Shown here in pieces: positions 43,176 through 55,974 of a stretch of DNA of 64,000 nucleotides. The stretch's first letter is position 1. Each line of letters begins with the position of its first letter. A program made the position numbers and the translations under genes. The notes under the pieces are model-generated. The model was not told the DNA's origin. It searched no databases and saw only the letters and a program-made list of their open reading frames with translations. Source of the DNA: Tubiluchus corallicola (Eukaryota > Animalia > Priapulida); contig JAQGDQ010000788.1 of the NCBI GenBank assembly GCA_030141605.1, forward strand, positions 31,744 through 95,743, written 5' to 3'.

Positions 43176-44094
43176 ACTCTAATATTGGAAATATTTCTAT
43201 TAGCAAAATTGCTTGTTATTCTGACCTAAAATTGTCAGCCTAAAATTTAAGAGAATCCAATGACTCCAGGAGAAAAGAATAGACGAAAGTATAAATTGTG
43301 TTGAAGAAAGTGTTTTCCTTGTTCGTGCTTGCAAATGAAATGAAAGTTTATGACCAATTGCGCCATTATAGTCTAATTTCCCATTAGTAACAGTAGATAT
43401 AAAATTGAGCCTATCAAGCAAATGTAGAAACGCATGCGCCCACATTGAAGGCTTAAAAGCTGACAGTTAATTCTTAATGTAATAACAGACAACTAACTCT
43501 TGCAAAATTGAACAGCATTATAATAATTTATTTTAACGACTAATAAGGTCTCATATTAACCGTGGTGCTTAGAATTTTGCGAAAATTCTGGCCACCTGGC
43601 GGCAGCTCACCATATTAAGTGCATGTTGTCAAATTGTCACATAAAATCCTTAAAGAACTTTTAATGCTATTAACATTTTCGCTGAGCAAAAAGGCTTTCT
43701 CAGTGCGTCTATAAAATGTTCGAGTGCTTCCTGTGGCCTTTTGCGATTTTGCAATATTTGACGCCCCCACGTAGTAACCGAAGGTACTAACCTGACAGTT
43801 TTTAGTTTTTGTTGAACACAGTAAACTTTCACGTGGCAATTTTTTATCTTCTGGTAGAAGTTGATTCTCAAAAACGTGTTCTACACTTTCACTTGGCGCG
43901 CAACTATGCAAGCCCACTCAATGATTTTGTCTTTTTTCCTTATATACGTTCTCTTCTACGCACTCCACAGTTTGGTCTGTACCATTTATTTATTTTTAAA
44001 TATTCATTGTTTATTTAGCTATTATTTATTTTTTGCAAGTATCCAAATGTAAATTATTTTTACATTTTTGGTAAAATGAGACGCTGAAAGACAG

Positions 44095-44097
44095 ACG

Positions 44098-44139
<42 letters not shown>

Positions 44140-44165
44140 GAAAGGGGGGAGAGAGAGACAAGGGG

Positions 44166-44229
<64 letters not shown>

Positions 44230-44241
44230 GGAGAGAGAGAG

Positions 44242-44293
<52 letters not shown>

Positions 44294-44310
44294 AGGGAGA
44301 AAGAGAAAGG

Positions 44311-44368
<58 letters not shown>

Positions 44369-44369
44369 A

Positions 44370-44420
<51 letters not shown>
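44095..44420. repeat. (GA)n-rich tract
   Basis: Read directly. Confidence 0.95.
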
Positions 44421-44423
<3 letters not shown>

Positions 44424-45625
44424 ATCTAAAATTAAAAAATAACGAAGAAATGGAAAGAAAAAACAAAAAATAAAGAAAGTTGGAAGGCAAGAAAGGCAAG
44501 GAAAAGGAAAGTAAGAAAGGAAGACTGAAAAAAGAAAACAATGATGAAAATAAATGAAAAATGGGGCAACGAAAACCTAAATGAAGAGAGAAAGAAAAAG
44601 CGGAAAGAAATATAAAGCTATAAGGAGGAACAAGCAAGAAAGAAAGAACGGAAGAGAAGACAAGCTGGCTTCAAACGCAATGTCTCTTAAAGAAGACCTT
44701 CTGTACCAGGAATGTGGTAAGATGTTTAAATGGTCAAAATTAATTAACCTCTTCTTTTCCTGCAGGTGAGCAGACTCGTCACCTGTCCAGTCACGTGATT
44801 TACACAAACTAGAATGCAGTATGTTGGTTAGCTTTGAGTTAAATACAAATCTCCTAAACTTACCTCCATTTATTAGATCAGTTACTTTTGTGCTGAATCC
44901 AATGGCTTCACTAATGGATAGCTAAGTCATATTATTCAACAAAGTAGCTGAAATATTGAAGACAAAGAAATTGACTTTCAAAAATCGTATGGATCTCATT
45001 TGATGGACCCCTTTCAAGTATCAGAAACGTAAGCTTATAAAGAATTTACTAATGGATGACGTCTGCTAAGCCACACAGAATGAAATTAAAAGATTGTTCA
45101 TCGCATAACGCGTGGTTATAGATAGATCTTATAGTATGTCAGGATATCTGACTGAAATTATGGGCTGACTAAATCTATTATCTTTCTTCCTACCATTTCC
45201 ACTAACACATCCTTCTACCCTTCCTGTGTGATCTAACCTTTCTCCCAGTTCTTTTTTTTGTTCGCTCATCCATTCTTTTTTTATCAGGTTCACGTGACAG
45301 TGGGCTTATACAAGCCTTTGCTTCTCTAGCCCACTGCAGTACAATTATTCTTTTATGATAACGATAGTGTATGAAATATAACAATTTAATATAGTACATG
45401 TAATATTTTGATGCCACTGTGTGCTTTATATATTGTACTGAATGTGATAATAATAATAAATAAGTAAAAAAATCAACAAGTACAAAAAAATGGATAAATG
45501 AACTCAGTCCAAATCCGAGAGCATGATTATGTATATTACTTGCTTGCTTGAAACAAGCCACGTTGCTTGCTTGAAACAAGCCACGTTGCTTGCTTGAAAC
45601 AAGTCCACGTTTTAGGTAATCATTT

Positions 45626-46180
45626 AGACCTACACCTATGTTAACGCCACTGTGTCTACCACTAACGCATCACGAAAGGCTTATTGAAACAACTGCATTA
45701 AACTTACTTTTAAATAGAGGAACTAAATCATTTCGGTATAGAATAGGCGAACAAAATACAGATTGCTGTCATTGTAATAATGCAACTCCTCAAACACCAG
45801 AACACATTATATTTGACTGTGATTTGGTAGACCATCAATTTCGGACAAATTTAAGACAAATTCTGCCCTCAGCCAACATAAGCGAGATTTATTTAAACAG
45901 AGACAAAGATGTGTGCCAGGCATATGTAAATATTGTTAGAGATGTTGTGCGGAAAAATTGTTATAAACTAATTCAAATTATATTCACAGAAAAACAGGTA
46001 GTGAGGTAATCGTTATATTGTATATAATATACTGTAAACTAAGTATGTATTTTAAATTTATTCTAAATTGGCATTATGTATAATCTTGTTATTGTAAATT
46101 TATATTTTGTAAACGAACCCCTGCAAATAGAGGGGAAACAATGTATTCATTGTTTAATAAAAGACTTATAATAATAATAA
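45626..46180 (+). mobile_element. 5'-truncated non-LTR retrotransposon with a CCHC finger
   Basis: 13 bp TSD taggtaatcattt (45613-45625, 46181-46193); ORF ...CHCNNATPQTPEHIIFDC...; aataaa plus a (TAA)n tail. Confidence 0.85.
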
Positions 46181-46529
46181 TAGGTAATCATTTGTCGAAT
46201 CCTTACCCCTAACCCTGCAAGTTTCATGACTCTAGATACTACAGTTTCAGAGTTATTCAAGATCGTGATTCGAACTGCCCGATGTCCAGTGTCATTTACC
46301 CTCTACACCATTTTTCTACCCTACAAATTGTTTCACTCTCTCTACCCTCTATCTTTGCCACTCAATGTGAGCTAGAAGGGAAATCCTAGAACTGCCTAAT
46401 GTATTGACAAAAAAGGGGGAATCAGTTGTAGAAACAGCAGCAGTCATCGTCGCCGACAGCTGCAGCTACAGTGACGATGGTGGCAAAAAGACAACAAGTG
46501 ACGAGGCTACATTAGGACTAACGGTTACA

Positions 46530-46830
46530 CTTACAGGTCAGGACGCAACACACAAGCAACGAATAACATGTATGGTATATGCCCTAGCGTTAGCAGCCAC
46601 TAGACATGAATTCATGGTTGCAATGGTTGCAGTCCCAGACTAAACCACTCGGTCACATGACCCAGGACGTCTCAGTTGAAACACCAACAGAATACAAGTA
46701 CAACAGTACCAATATCAAATTATACGTGATATTACGTAGTAAGTAGACACTAGACATGAATTCATGGTTGCAATGGTTGCAGTCCCAGATCTAAACCACT
46801 CGGTCACATGACCCAGGACGTCTCAGTTGA
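46530..46830 (-). mobile_element. tRNA-derived SINE relic with a locally duplicated head
   Basis: The reverse complement aligns with 59262-59390 (gagtggt.tag...ggactgca.cca...gggcata.acc.tacatg.tattcgtt); a ~150 bp tandem duplication starts at 46598 and 46748. Confidence 0.55.
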
Positions 46831-47268
46831 AACACAAACAGAATGCAAGTGCAAATCAAATCAAATCAAATAATTTATTTTTTTATCCCAATAACAATAT
46901 AAATAAAAATAGATATAAATAAGAAGAGCCCAACGAAAGGGAAGGGGTGTCGAAAAACATTTGTTATCGAATCAGCCACGGCAATCCGAGTATTAAATCA
47001 TTATTGTGCAATTTCTAATTTTTAACTGAAGAGAACGGAAGTAAGGTTACCAAAAACTAACAAAATCAACGTAGATTAATGACTCAATGAACTTATGAAA
47101 ATAATATAACATGCAATTTAATTTCATGCTTAAATGATCGTAAAGGAAAAGGTCATGGATAATCAGTATCCCAATCTGTGGACACAGTCAGTAACTAAAT
47201 ATGTATATATATATACAACAATACCAATATGAAATTACACGTGATATTACGTAGTAAGAAGACATAAT

Positions 47269-47739
47269 ATAAAGAAGACAAAGTGTCATTTAAATCTCGA
47301 AAAGTTTTATTTTTCTAGGAGTTTTCGTCGTTCACAGATCTCGTCAGCTGAAAGGTAGAGATACAATAATAAAAATCATAAAAATTACAGATAAAGTTAC
47401 ATGTAAAGTGTATTTACACAGTGACATTAAATAAGGGATACAAAATTCATTAAGAAACTGTACCAAAAACTAAATTAGAAGAAATATTACACTTGTTAAT
47501 TAAGAAAAAACAAAGTCAAAATGATTTTCTTAATTAGTTATTGTAATGCTTCTTCCAATTTAGTTTTTGATACATTTTAATGTCGCAGTGTAATTACACG
47601 TTACATGTAGTTTTATCTGTAATTTTTATGAATTTTTTGTTATTGTTTCTCTAGCTTATAGCTCAGGAAGTGAGTGAAGGACGAAAGGTCATGCAAAAAT
47701 AAAAGTTTTGAAATTTAAAGTGCACTTTCTCTTCTTTAT
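47269..47739. mobile_element. Foldback-type MITE (~470 bp imperfect palindrome)
   Basis: ataaagaagacaaagtg... pairs with ...cactttctcttctttat, and pairing continues inward to about 47500. Confidence 0.75.
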
Positions 47740-47807
47740 GATAATGATCGTGACAACTCTCAGAAGAATGCTATCTTATTTTCAAGCTATTCAGCTTCAA
47801 CTGGTTT

Positions 47808-48235
47808 CAACTTCCACATTGTGCATCTGATACTAATTACACAGACTCAACTTTCATCTACCCCCGCTCCTGACTCCATAAAACGATTAAAAATGAAAAT
47901 TTTAAAAAAAAATTATGTAATGTAATACGTGTTATGTTAGTTTTGTAATGTCAAATGTATAAATAGTGTAAATGTAATGAGTGAAATTTGTGTAATGTAA
48001 AGCATATTTCTGTTAATTGTGTCATGTCAAATGTATATTGTGTAGAATATGTCATGTAAAATTTAATGTACTTTTGTAATATTGTTTTGTAAAAATATTT
48101 TAATATGGTGTTTGTAAATATGTTCATTTATTGTATATAATTAGGCCTTAGTTTTGCACTTTAGTTTTTTTTAGTCTGCATTGGACACAATTGTCTTGAA
48201 CAGTGTTGTTATCTTAACATTACGCTGAGACTTAC
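47808..48235 (+). mobile_element. LINE 3' UTR copy (same family as 17560-18190)
   Basis: Reverse complement of 17640-18070 at high identity. Confidence 0.8.
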
Positions 48236-49059
48236 TTTATTAGTGATACTTATTTCCTTTTTTAATGCTGCTGCAATTCTGGTTACTATGATCTCCTGTC
48301 GTTATTTTCACGTCATTTGCTGCAAAGTTTGACTTTCTTGCCCATCGAACTCCCCCAGGAGACGCTGAATGCCACCACACGCAATTAACTGTGCATAATG
48401 CGAATCGTCTTATTCTTCCCCCAGCACTGAAATACAACGGAACCGACTCATTAGCCCAATGTAAATATTATTAAAATATGAACGTTGCGCGCATAAACTC
48501 AGACGAAAGTTAATTTCCACGGAGATGGCTGCAAGCGATTGAAATCCAACGTGGCTTTTCAACGGCCGGGTTTTTATTAGAGACGCGAGGCTAATGTGGG
48601 CCAAGTGGAACAATAAACCTAGTCGTAGTGATAGATTATTAGCAGCTAACCATCATCATCATCGCCATCGACGTTTGTGGCTGCCCCCCCCCCGCCCACG
48701 CTCGTCATCATCTGCAATACTAGCAGCAGCAGCAGCAACAGTATTCGAAAATCAATATTGCTATTTTTGCTGTTGGTGCATTTCAAGTTACCACCTGGCA
48801 TTTTAATTGCTTTTGTATCCATTTTCATGTAGTTCATCAGTTTTTTACTTCACTGTTATTCTTTACTAATTGCTTAACTGAATAGATTTACATTCATCTA
48901 CTACCAATAATAATACAGTAAAATCTGCATTACTTTAACCATGAAAATTCTGACGACAGGTGACCAATTGATCTTTCATTGACCTATTGTGTCTATTAAG
49001 GCTATACAGTGTGTCAAGATAAAATAAAGATACACCTATCTGTTTTGGCCTTCGTCATT

Positions 49060-49066
49060 ATCATCG

Positions 49067-49115
<49 letters not shown>

Positions 49116-49153
49116 TATCAACTTGTTCTCTCACTCTCTCTCTCTCTCTCTCT

Positions 49154-49196
<43 letters not shown>

Positions 49197-49353
49197 CTCT
49201 CTTTTCTCTGTCTTCTATTTCTCTCTGTATTTCTCCTTCCCCCTCTCTCTCTTTCCCCTTATCCTCCCTCTCTTTCTCTCACCTTCTGTCTCTTTCTTTT
49301 TTCTTCTTTTCCCCCATGTCTCTCCACTTACTTACTCTCTTACTGATTTTTGC

Positions 49354-49408
<55 letters not shown>

Positions 49409-49410
49409 CC

Positions 49411-49475
<65 letters not shown>

Positions 49476-49490
49476 TTCTCTCTCACCTGC
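49060..49490. repeat. (CAT)n and (CT)n-rich tract
   Basis: Read directly. Confidence 0.9.
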
Positions 49491-50134
49491 CTCGTCTGTC
49501 TCATTTTTCATCACCCTACAGCTGAGCCAGTTAAATTTAAGCCACAGGCTTAGTATCGGCTTGCAACCTTGTGCCTCTATTAACACCTACAAAGCCCTAG
49601 TACGCGCGAAAATAAAATATTCTCGCCCCATGAATTTTTCAACACGTGACAGCATAATAATGGATAGAGATCATAAAAGTATTACGTAAGCTGCAGTTAC
49701 TGGAGGCAATGTGATGGTATCAATGCGACCAAAGCTGATTGAACCATAAAAAATGCATGGCGTATCTGCTAGATGATGCGATTTGGCTTCATTCTCTTGG
49801 GGGAAGAAGTTTACTTGAGCCAGCGTTTGGCTTCTTGTCAAAGCTCGCGCGTTTTGAAGCCATTCCAGTCCACGAAAAATAGGTAATGAATTACTTAGGT
49901 GTCATCCTGTTTACTTTGATGAAGAGAGTTTGATGGAGGGTAAATCATGTTTGTTAGCTGACCCCACTTGAGACGTTACAAAATTGCATTGTGTTAGCCT
50001 GGGGGGTCTGATTTGGCTTTTGAAAAACAAAAGACCTGCATCTTTCTCGACGCTTCTTTCATCACCACACTATTTAGTGTCATTAGTCTGTGTGAGGCTA
50101 TTTCTCCATTACACCAAACATTGTACTTCTATGG

Positions 50135-50867
50135 AAGATGTTCTGGTGATCTTTCCTCACTCGTTCTCAAATGCCAATAAGATGTTCTGGTGATCTTTCC
50201 TCACTCGTTCTCAAATGCCAATAAGATGTTCTGGTGATCTTTCTTCACTCGTTCTCAAATGCCAATAAGATGTTCTGGTGATCTTTCCTCACTCGTTCTC
50301 AAATGCCAATAAGATGTTCTGGTGATCTTTCTTCACTCGTTCTCAAATGCCAATAAGATGTTCTGGTGATCTTTCTTCACTCGTTCTCAAATGCCAATAA
50401 GATGTTCTGGTGATCTTTCCTCACTCGTTCTCAAATGCCAATAAGATGTTCTGGTGATCTTTCTTCACTCGTTCTCTAGTGCCAATAAGATGTTCTGGTG
50501 ATCTTTCCTCACTCGTTCTCTAGTGCCAATAAGATGTTCTGGTGATCTTTCCTCACTCGTTCTCAAATGCCAATAAGATGTTCTAGTGATCTTTCCTCAC
50601 TCGTTCTCAAATGCCAATAAGATGTTCTAGTGATCTTTCCTCACTCGTTCTCAAATGCCAATAAGATGTTCTGGTGATCTTTCCTCACTCGTTCTCAAAT
50701 GCCAATAAGATGTTCTGGTGATCTTTCCTCACTCGTTCTCAAATGCCAATAAGATGTTCTGGTGATCTTTCCTCACTCGTTCTCAAATGCCAATAAGGTC
50801 GTTCTGGTGATCTTTCCTCACTCGTTCTCAAATGCCAATAAGATGTTCTAGTGATCTTTCCTCACTC
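50135..50867. repeat. 44 bp minisatellite, about 17 copies
   Basis: Unit aagatgttctggtgatctttcctcactcgttctcaaatgccaat. Confidence 0.97.
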
Positions 50868-51093
50868 ATAGACTTATCTGGATATTACTAGAAGCAGGGC
50901 AACTAATTCCAAATCCAGGTTTTTTATTCGGGCTTCTCAACTGTGGAATTTTTTACTAGGAAATTATTTAGCTGAATACTACTTCCTCTCCCCTCTCACT
51001 CGATTCACAGATGCCTGCTTGCTAACGAATTAGACGCCATTTTTACTGCGCGACTGCTACTTTTGACAACCGAATTAGAAAATTAGCAAGGCT

Positions 51094-51628
51094 TGTTGGC
51101 ATGCTTCTGTCTCGGAAGACAATGGAGTGTACGTCAAGAGAGTCAGTTATTTATCACATTGATGGAGCTGCAGCATCGACTGTGGCTGAGCAGTCCGATC
51201 CTTGAACCACTGGAGTGGTTCACGCCTGGGCAAGGGGTATCCTGAGTTGCCCAGACAACAGGAACCCCCTCTCTTCCTCCCTGCTGTAGTCCAAAGGAAA
51301 GCAGAGCAACACGTTTGGCACCAGGTTGGCTGCAGGAGCTGTCAGAGTCAGTGAGCATGCTGCACTGGTCCGCCTTCGGGACTCCACTCCTGATTTGGAA
51401 GGTTTACTCCTCTACACATGGCTATAGGGTCACTTGACCTGCTCCGCCCATTGGCTGCTTGTGAAGCTCCTCCGCCTAGTGTCGAGATATAGTGTGGGCA
51501 TCCCGCAAGCCCACATCACCTGGTATTCCTAGGCGGTCACCCATCCAAGTACTAACCAAGCTCTAGGTTGCTTAACTTTGGTGATCAGACGAGAACCGCT
51601 GTTTTCAACGTGATATGGCCATAGTAAT
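51094..51628 (-). mobile_element. 5S rRNA-headed SINE (SINE3 type) with an RTE-like body and tail
   Basis: 5S head at 51507-51626 with no T-run terminator; GC-rich body; 3' end ccattgtcttccgagacagaagcatgccaacaa; TSD attagcaag(g/a)ct at 51082-51093 and 51629-51640. Confidence 0.75.
51507..51626 (-). pseudogene. 5S rRNA-derived sequence (SINE head)
   Basis: Minus strand reads ACTATGGCCATATCACGTTGAAAACAGCGGTTCTCGTCTGATCACCAAAGTTAAGCAAC...AGTACTTGGATGGGTGACCGCCTAGGAATACCAGGTGATGTGGGCTT: full length, with recognisable A and C boxes. Confidence 0.9.
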
Positions 51629-52229
51629 ATTAGCAAGACTAAAACTACAGATAAGGTATATTGTTCTAAACGTAAATGTCTCTTCCGTTGTCGATTTAAC
51701 TGAATCGGAATTAGAATTTTATTGGCAAATACATTACTTTACAATGACATATATACAGCAAAACAACAACAAAATGCAAAGGTACAAAACAAAGCTGTTA
51801 CATTACAGCTGTTTTAGCCAAAAACACATAACAAATTACAAATATATATCATTTTAGTATAGATACAGATACCGTATTATGAAAAATAATAAATAATATA
51901 TACATGTTAGTACTATTCATTTATTTATTCTTTTTTAAATCAAAATCACTTAAAAATGTAATGGGCGACTATTTTGATTATATCGCAGTCGCTAACCTCA
52001 TTGCGAATTTTAGCTTTTCATTATTATTGATGTAAATATGAAATTGCTACTTGCTATATCAGAATAAAAGGTCTGTTATAACCAGTAGTAGAAGGAGCAA
52101 TAAAACAATAATGAATTTCGTCTTCTAGCTGTTAGATTTCACGGTGTTGACAGATTCTCATGTTCACGGGAACTTTAGGTTGTTAGTGTCGTCCTTTTTT
52201 TTATTAGTCTTTTTCGCAGCTTCGTGAAC

Positions 52230-52835
52230 ATGATGTTGTTAATGAAATAATGTCTCCTTTCTGTAGAACCAACATAGCTAAGCATTTTATAATATATCAA
52301 GGACCAAAAGTCTGGAATGAGATTTGTCAATCCGCAAAAAAATAGCAGATCTATTACTAGATTTAAAAAAATGCTAAAAATCAAATTTTAAGTAAGTATC
52401 AGTGAGTAATCAAAATTTCTATCAGTATCCATCCTCACAGTAGTGACAAAACAGTGGTGTTAGCTTAATCAAGTTATCTTAATTTTACATACTATTAACA
52501 AATATTAGTCTTTCTATCTTTTATATCATCCCATATATGAGCTTCATTCATTACATCATTCCATTTTAAGCACTAAATGTTTTTTTATCATACGATTCAC
52601 TTTAAATTTTCAGATTATTTCCATTACTTTTTTTCTTTCACTGTGTGGGACAATCTAACAAGCCCTGCTTTTTGATTGCCCGCAACACATTTACATTTGT
52701 ATATAAGTGAACAGTGTTTGAGGCTTTTCCTATGCAGTATTTCTTATTTGTATTATATCCATTGTAGGCCCTTTCACTAGATATTGTATATGTAACTATT
52801 GTAAATGTGTAATGTGAAATAAATGACTTATAATT
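52230..52835 (+). mobile_element. Crack/L2-group LINE 3' fragment
   Basis: Remnant YQGPKVWNEI...FKKMLK; 3' UTR hairpin around caagccctgctttttg; ends aaataaatgactta. Confidence 0.65.
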
Positions 52836-53564
52836 TATGACTAAATGTAAATAGTTTTCTTGCTTAAATTACGATTTAAACTTACAATAGGCGCCAGCAT
52901 ATTGTTTTAATTATTATTCCTGCCTGTTTCTTTTCTAATGTCACACTTCCAAAAATCGTTGCAGGCCGCTTGTAGCTGTGGTTCGTTGGTGACGCATTGC
53001 GTTCTTTTTTTGTAATGATGGTTCAATGAACAAACGTGCATGTTAATGGAAAGAAGCCAAATAAAAGAAGGCGTTCTTGTATTAGTGCTGTTTTCCAGTG
53101 ATAAATATCGTCAAAACCTGTTCAATGGCTTCTGCCGAGTTATCAATGGATGCAAACTACAGATAAACCCGTGTACAACTGTTATTGATCAGTTATCAAT
53201 CACCCCGACACTCTTGCTAATGATTTCCCGCTTGCCACGCCTTAGTATTGTGCTAAGACTGACAGCTTCAACTTCTATGCTGATTAATGATGCTGGCAAT
53301 ACAGGAAATCTTTCGCTATAAGATTTATTCCTCTGCAGAATTTATACGCTTCGAGCTCATTGTGTATTCTGCGGCGAGCAGAGAGGGCTGTTCGATAATT
53401 AATCAATCGGTAAGATGAAAACACTGATCATGATGAAGATAAGATGAGGGACAGTGGATCAGGAACAGGTAGATTCCTATAAACAACGAAAAGGCGGAGT
53501 TGGTAATACGGTTTGCCCATAGAGAAGAAAGTAAACGGTAGAAAAATGAGTGATCAAAAGCAGA

Positions 53565-53638
53565 GATGATGATGATGATGATGACGGTGACAGTGATGAT
53601 ACGATGACCATGACGATTATGAAAACGATGACGACGAC

Positions 53639-53670
<32 letters not shown>

Positions 53671-53722
53671 CGGTGACAGTGACGATTATGATAACGATGA
53701 CGATTATGATGATGACGTTGAT
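53565..53722. repeat. Degenerate (GAT/GAC)n microsatellite
   Basis: Read directly. Confidence 0.9.
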
Positions 53723-54105
53723 GAAATGTCTTTTATTGAACATTATTGAACAAATTATAATGGGAAAATATACAAAGAGCGCCTCCATTTGCTCGCAGAC
53801 GTTTATAAAAGTTTAAGAAATTTACGATATAATACAGTACAATCTTATTTGTTAACAAATTAAAAATAATAAACTGTATGAAGCTTTGTTGCAGATCTAA
53901 CATACGTTATTTTATTTTACTTCCCGTAGCCTTACAGAGGCTCCTTCATAGCTGAAAACAACGTATTCACTTACCTTATTACATCACAAATCTTCATTTT
54001 ACAATTATACAATTTACAAGTTTAACAATTTTGTTCTCTCCTCTTTAGGCTTTATCTTTGAGTGCTACATTCCGGTTTGCAGTCTGCCAAAAGTTATTAA
54101 AAATG

Positions 54106-54723
54106 AACAGAACGGAACGGAACGGAACGGAACGGAACGGAAAGGAAAGGAAAAGAAAGGAAAGGAAAGGAAAGGAAAGGAAAGGATAGGATAGGAATGG
54201 AAAGGAAAAGAAAAGAAAAGAAAAGAAAAGAAAAGAAAAGAAAAGAAAAGAAAAGAAAAGAAAAGAAAAGAAAAGAAAAGAAAAGAAAAGGAAAGAAAAG
54301 AAAAGAAGGGAGCAATGCAGAGTAGAGTAGAGTAAAGTAAAGCAGAGTAGAGTAGAGTAGAGTAGAGTAGAGTAGAGTAGAGTAGAGTAGAGTAGAGTAG
54401 AGTAGAGTAGAGTAGAGTAGAGTAGAGTAGAGTAGAGTAGAGTAGAGTAGAGTAGAGCAGAGTAGAGCAGAGCAGAGCAGAGCAGAGTAGAGTAGAGCAG
54501 AGCAGAGCAGAGCAGAGCAGAGCAGAGCAGAGCAGAGCAGAGCAGAGCAGAGCAGAGTAGAGAGTAGAGAGTAGAGAGTAGAGAGTAGAGAGTAGAGAGT
54601 AGAGAGTAGAGTAGAGTAGAGAGTAGAGTAGAGAGTAGAGTAGAGAGTAGAGAGTAGAGAGTAGAGAGTAGAGAGTAGAGTAGAGAGTAGAGTAGAGTAG
54701 AGTAGAGTAGAGTAGAGTAGAGT
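54106..54723. repeat. Compound pentanucleotide microsatellite (GGAAC, GGAAA, GAAAA, AGTAG, AGCAG)
   Basis: Read directly. Confidence 0.95.
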
Positions 54724-55974
54724 ATTAGAACCAGAAGACTTTTGTACAAGAGCTAGCAGTCAGATTTTAAATTTCTTTCCTTCATTCACAGGCACATAGC
54801 ACGCGGACAAAGTTCCAACCCAGTTTAATTATAATTTGACAAATTGTTCTTCGCTTGCGTACCAGACTGGCAAACAGATAAGCAACTAAACCGACAAACA
54901 GGTGATCATACAACACGCGTCCTGGATTTTGTGGACGACTCGCAGTTGAGCAAAATGATAGACAAAACAGAGAGAAAGAAAATTAAAACAAGAAAAATAT
55001 TCTTCTAATTCATGATGCTGATATAAATTCCTTGTAAATTATCACAAGTTATGGCAACTGCAAAAGAAACTAAGATTGACTATTAACTACAAAGATTTTG
55101 CCTATTGCTAAAGCAAGAATGTCATCTACATCTATCCTCAAACACGCATTTCGTAAAATTTTCATCGTGCCAGGAGATAAAGCTTTCAATAAACGAATTC
55201 CCGATCCATGCAGCGCGTCGTTGCTATGAATTCTACCTTCCGCCTAACCTAAATACTCCTAGATGGTTTCGTGACACGACTAATTGAGAAATTTGAGTTT
55301 ATTTGACAGCTTGAGCGAGAGTTTTAGCACCGGCTTTATAACGAATTGTGCCCGCAACAATAATCAGCTACGGAAGCCGAAAACAAACAGAGTTTTATTG
55401 CGTGTGATTTTTAACCACTAACGGTGATGTAGTTTGGACAAGTATCGGGTTAATAAATCCTCGCTTTTGTTTAACATTAGTTCGTAACGACACGAAATGT
55501 ATTTGCTTTTGGATTTTTATGCTTTGTTAGCTTCGGCTGATCTTTTGACTCTTGTTCAAATTATGAACTGATCTAAGGTTGAGTAGGCTAGGATGTTTTT
55601 CCAATATAGAACAAACAGAGATTGGTCTTTTATTAATTAAATTATGACTGTGAATGACAGAGTGCGGTTAATTCTTGCCCACTGCGGGTAATGAGTTAAG
55701 GAAAGAAAGGAGACACTGAAAAATTGGGAACCAGTCGCGATTTGAACCCGAAACCTGGGATTATGCCTCTCATCTCATACTAAGCCACCTGAGCTACGAC
55801 TTCAACATGACAGAGCAGGCCCAAGATTTCATTCGTGTGCCACACAATCCTGTACCCAGGCCTACACGTCTAAAAATTGTTATCTTTGTTATGCTATTTT
55901 AACAATTAATTGTTAGGTGTGTCAATTCGGTATATTATACATTAATATATTATACATTCTGGTCATTAATATTT

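Noticed and set aside
51507-51626. Functional 5S rRNA gene
   Set aside because: Solitary, has several substitutions in stems, lacks a T-run terminator, and is embedded in a TSD-flanked element.
55105-55287. Duplicated 60 aa ORF (also 60997-61179)
   Set aside because: No ATG start; the duplication simply reflects the inverted repeat.
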